Assembly: GCF_009914755.1 (NCBI RefSeq) | Contig: NC_060938.1 | Source: the human T2T-CHM13v2.0 reference genome, Homo sapiens | Length of the DNA stretch: 64,000 nucleotides | Strand: one strand, 5' to 3' | Shown here: positions 60,546 to 64,000 of the stretch, piece after piece | How the letters are laid out: each line of letters opens with the position of its first letter | Numbering within the stretch: position 1 is the stretch's first letter | Notes under the pieces: model-generated | What the model was told of the DNA's origin: nothing | Databases searched by the model: none | What the model saw: only the letters and a program-made list of their open reading frames with translations | Made by a program: the position numbers and the translations under genes

Positions 60546-62836
60546 TTTTAATTTTTTGTACTTAAAACTTTTAAGTTCATGGCTACATGTGCAGGTTTGT
60601 TACATAGGTAAACTTGTGCCATGGGGGTTTGTTGTACAGATTATTGCATCACCCATGTATTAAGCCTAGTACCCATTAGTTATTTTTTCTGATCCTCTCC
60701 CTTCTCCCACCCTCCACCATCCAATAGGCCCCAGTGTGTTGTTGTCCCTCTGTATGTGTGCATGTGTTCTCATCATTTAGCTCTCATTTATAAGTGAGAA
60801 CGTGTGGTATTGGCTTTTCTGTTCCTGCATTAGTTTGCTAAGGATAATGGCCTCCAGCTCCATCCATGTCCCTAAAGGACATTATTTTGTTCTTTTTTAA
60901 GTATTCCATAATATATATGTACCATTTTTTCTTTATCTAGCCTATCATTGATAGGCATTTAGGTTGATGCTATGTCTCTGCTAGTGTGAATAGTGCTGCA
61001 ATGAACATACATGTGAATGTGTCTTTATAATAAAAGATTTATATTCCTTTGGGTACATACCCAGTAATGGGATTGCTGGGTGGAATGATATTTCTGTCTT
61101 TAGGACCTTGAGGTATCACCACACTGTCTTCTACAATGGTTGAACTAATTTACACTCCCACCAACAGTGTAAAAGCGTTCGTTTTTCTCCACAACCTCTC
61201 CAGCATCTGTTGTTTTTTGACTTTTTAATAACAGCCATTCTGACTGGTGTGAGATGGTATCTCATTGTGGTTTTTGATTTGCATTTCTCTAATGAATAGT
61301 GATGTTGAGCTTTTTTTTTCATATGTTTGTGACTTCTTATATGTCTTCTGAAAAGTGTATGTTCATGTTCTTTGCCCACTTTTTAATGGGGTTGTTTGAT
61401 TTTTCTTCTTGTAAATTTGTTTAAGTTCCTTATAGATGCTGGATATTAGACCTTTTTCAGATGCATAGTTTGCAAAAATTTTCTCCCATTCTGTAGGTTG
61501 TCTGTTTACTCTGCTTATAGTTTCTTTTGCTGTACAGAAGCTCTTTAATTTACTTAGATCCCATTTGTCAACTTTTGCTTTTGTTGCAATTGCTTTTGGC
61601 ATTTTCATCATGAAACCTTTGCCCATGCCTATGTCCTGGATGGCATTGCCTAGGTTGTCTTTTAGTGTTTTTATAATTTTTGGGTTTTACATTTAAGTCT
61701 TTAATTCATCTTGAGTTGATTTTTATATGTGGTGTAAGGAAGAGGTCCAGTTTCAATCTTCTGCATATGGCTAACCAGTTATCCTAGCACCGTTTATTGA
61801 ATAGGGAATCCTTTCCCCATTGCTTGTTTTTGTCAGGTTTGTCAAAGATCAGATAGTTGTGGGTGTGTGGTTTTAGTTCTGAGTTCTTATTAGTTCATTC
61901 TCACATTGCTATAAAGACATACCTGAAATTGGGTAATTTATAAAGAAAAGAGGCTTAATTGACTCACAGTTCTGCATGGCTGGGGAGGCACCAGGAAACT
62001 TACAATCATGGCAGAAGGTGAAGGAGAAGCAAGGCACATCTTACATGGCAGCAGGAGAGAGAATGAAGGGGGACGTGCCACACTTTTAAACCATCAGATA
62101 TCATGAGAACTCACTATCATGAGAACAGCAAGGGGGTATCTTTCCCCGTGATCCTATCACCTCCCACCAGGCCCCTCCTCTGACACATGGGGTTTACAAT
62201 TTGCGATGAGATTTGGGTGGGGACACAGAGCCAACCATATCAGTTCTCTATTCTGTTCCACTGGTCTATATGCCTGTTTTTGTACCAGTACCATGCTGTT
62301 TTGGTTACTATAGCCCTGTTGTGTAGTTTGAAGTTGAGTAGTGTGATGCCTCCAGCTTTGTTCTTTTTGCTTAGCCTTGGCTACTCAGACTTTTTTGGTT
62401 CCATATGAATTTTAAAAGTTTTTTTATTTAGTTCTGTGAAGAATCTCAATGGTAGCTTAAAAGGAATAGCATTGAATCTATAAATTGCTTTGGGCAGTAT
62501 GGCCATTTTAACAATATTGTTTTTTCCTATCCATGTGCATGGAATGTTTTTCCATTTGTTTGTGTCATCTCTGATTTCCTTGAGCAGTATTTTGTAGTTC
62601 TCCTTGTGGAGATCTTTCACTTCCCTGTTAGCTGTATTCCTAGGTATTTTGTTCTTTTTGTGGCAATTGTGAATGGGAGTACATTCCCAATTTGGCTCTA
62701 GGCTTGACTGTTGTTGGTGTATGGGTGATTTTTGCACAATGATTTTGTATCCTGAGACTTTGCTGAAGTTGTTTATCAGCTTAAGGAGTTTGCGACTGAG
62801 ACTACGGGGTTTTCTAGATGTAGGATCATGTTGCTT
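60546..62836 (-). mobile_element. 5'-truncated LINE-1 (older L1PA, about L1PA11-14): 3' part of ORF2 plus 3'UTR, interrupted by an MST LTR
   Basis: Minus-strand ORF fragments match the L1 ORF2p C-terminus (KWKNIPCTWIG...ILPKAIYRFNAIP; [17 protein letters not shown]; [10 protein letters not shown]...[22 protein letters not shown]). L1 3'UTR and T-rich tail near 60546. Perfect TSD ATGACAGTTTATT at 60533-60545 and 62837-62849. Confidence 0.95.
61888..62242 (-). mobile_element. MaLR solo LTR (MSTA-like) inserted into the L1
   Basis: TATTAGTTCATTCTCACATTGCTATAAAG...GAGATTTGGGTGGGGACACAGAGCCAACCATATCA. 5-bp TSD GTTCT at 61883-61887 and 62243-62247. L1 sequence rejoins across it. Confidence 0.9.
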
Positions 62837-63419
62837 ATGACAGTTTATTGGATGGAAATCTCATATGTCATAGTATTATATAACCTGGAGACACATTGCT
62901 TATTGTGATTAAATTTTCTCTGGAGAAAAGAAATATAGCGAATTAGAAAATGTTATTCCCTGCTCATTGGAAAGGGACTAGTCCTCAGTCATAGGGACAC
63001 TTGTGAACTACTGAAGAAAAATGAGGATGGAGAATTACTTGTTTTTTGAGGTATGCTCTATCTGAGGTCAGCTTGGCTTTGCCTGATCACTTTCAGTTTG
63101 AGGGTGTGGATTAATTGTCTCAGTCTAGGCTCTATGAGGAGAACCCACATTTTCATGCTTTTTTATCCTTCTCTAGGTTTCAACTTTCTTGCTAAGTTTG
63201 GCCTCATCTGGGCCTTCCTTTAGAAGCCCAGTGTGCTATCCATTGCACGACACAGCCTGGGCCTTCCTTTCTAATCCTGGTGATCTGAGCTCTGAAATGA
63301 AACTTTTGCAAGCCCACCGCTTGGATTGTATATGGTGAGAACAGCCCTTTCCAAGACTCAGCCAGCACCAAACTGGCTTTCGACAGATCATGAGCTGTAC
63401 CAGGCCTTGATAGATGTCA

Positions 63420-63936
<517 letters not shown>

Positions 63937-64000
63937 TCAATATTTTAACAATCAGTATGACTGTATTTGTTTATATCAGCTGGACTTCTATAAGTTCTGC

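Noticed and set aside
61131-62737. ORFs resembling L1 ORF2p as an active retrotransposon
   Set aside because: 5'-truncated, frameshifted and interrupted by an LTR.

Overview
Primate (human-like) intronic or intergenic DNA dominated by interspersed repeats. I recognise no intact protein-coding gene. The ORF track is explained by Alu, L1, L2 and LTR read-through, chance ORFs and one real gene remnant. That remnant is a full-length processed pseudogene of ribosomal protein L31 (53779-54232) with a 2-bp frameshift, poly(A) tail and degenerate target-site duplication (TSD). Other content: about 15 Alus; a 5'-truncated L1PA with an MST LTR nested inside it; older L1M pieces; a ~2 kb L2 with readable reverse-transcriptase motifs; solo LTRs (MER52, THE1, MST, MLT1, LTR33-like); many MIRs; and DNA-transposon fossils (MADE1, MER5, MER44, MER103). 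Subfamily calls come from remembered consensus sequences, not from a search. I found no credible new biological system. The best leads are modest: a four-arm chimeric Alu inside a single perfect 15-bp TSD, a well-formed 135-nt frame-preserving candidate exon (25142-25276), a possible MER52-LTR-driven spliced transcript, two recursive-splice-like AG|GT motifs, and a MADE1 hairpin with an intact Hsmar1/SETMAR-binding core. The host locus cannot be identified from sequence alone.
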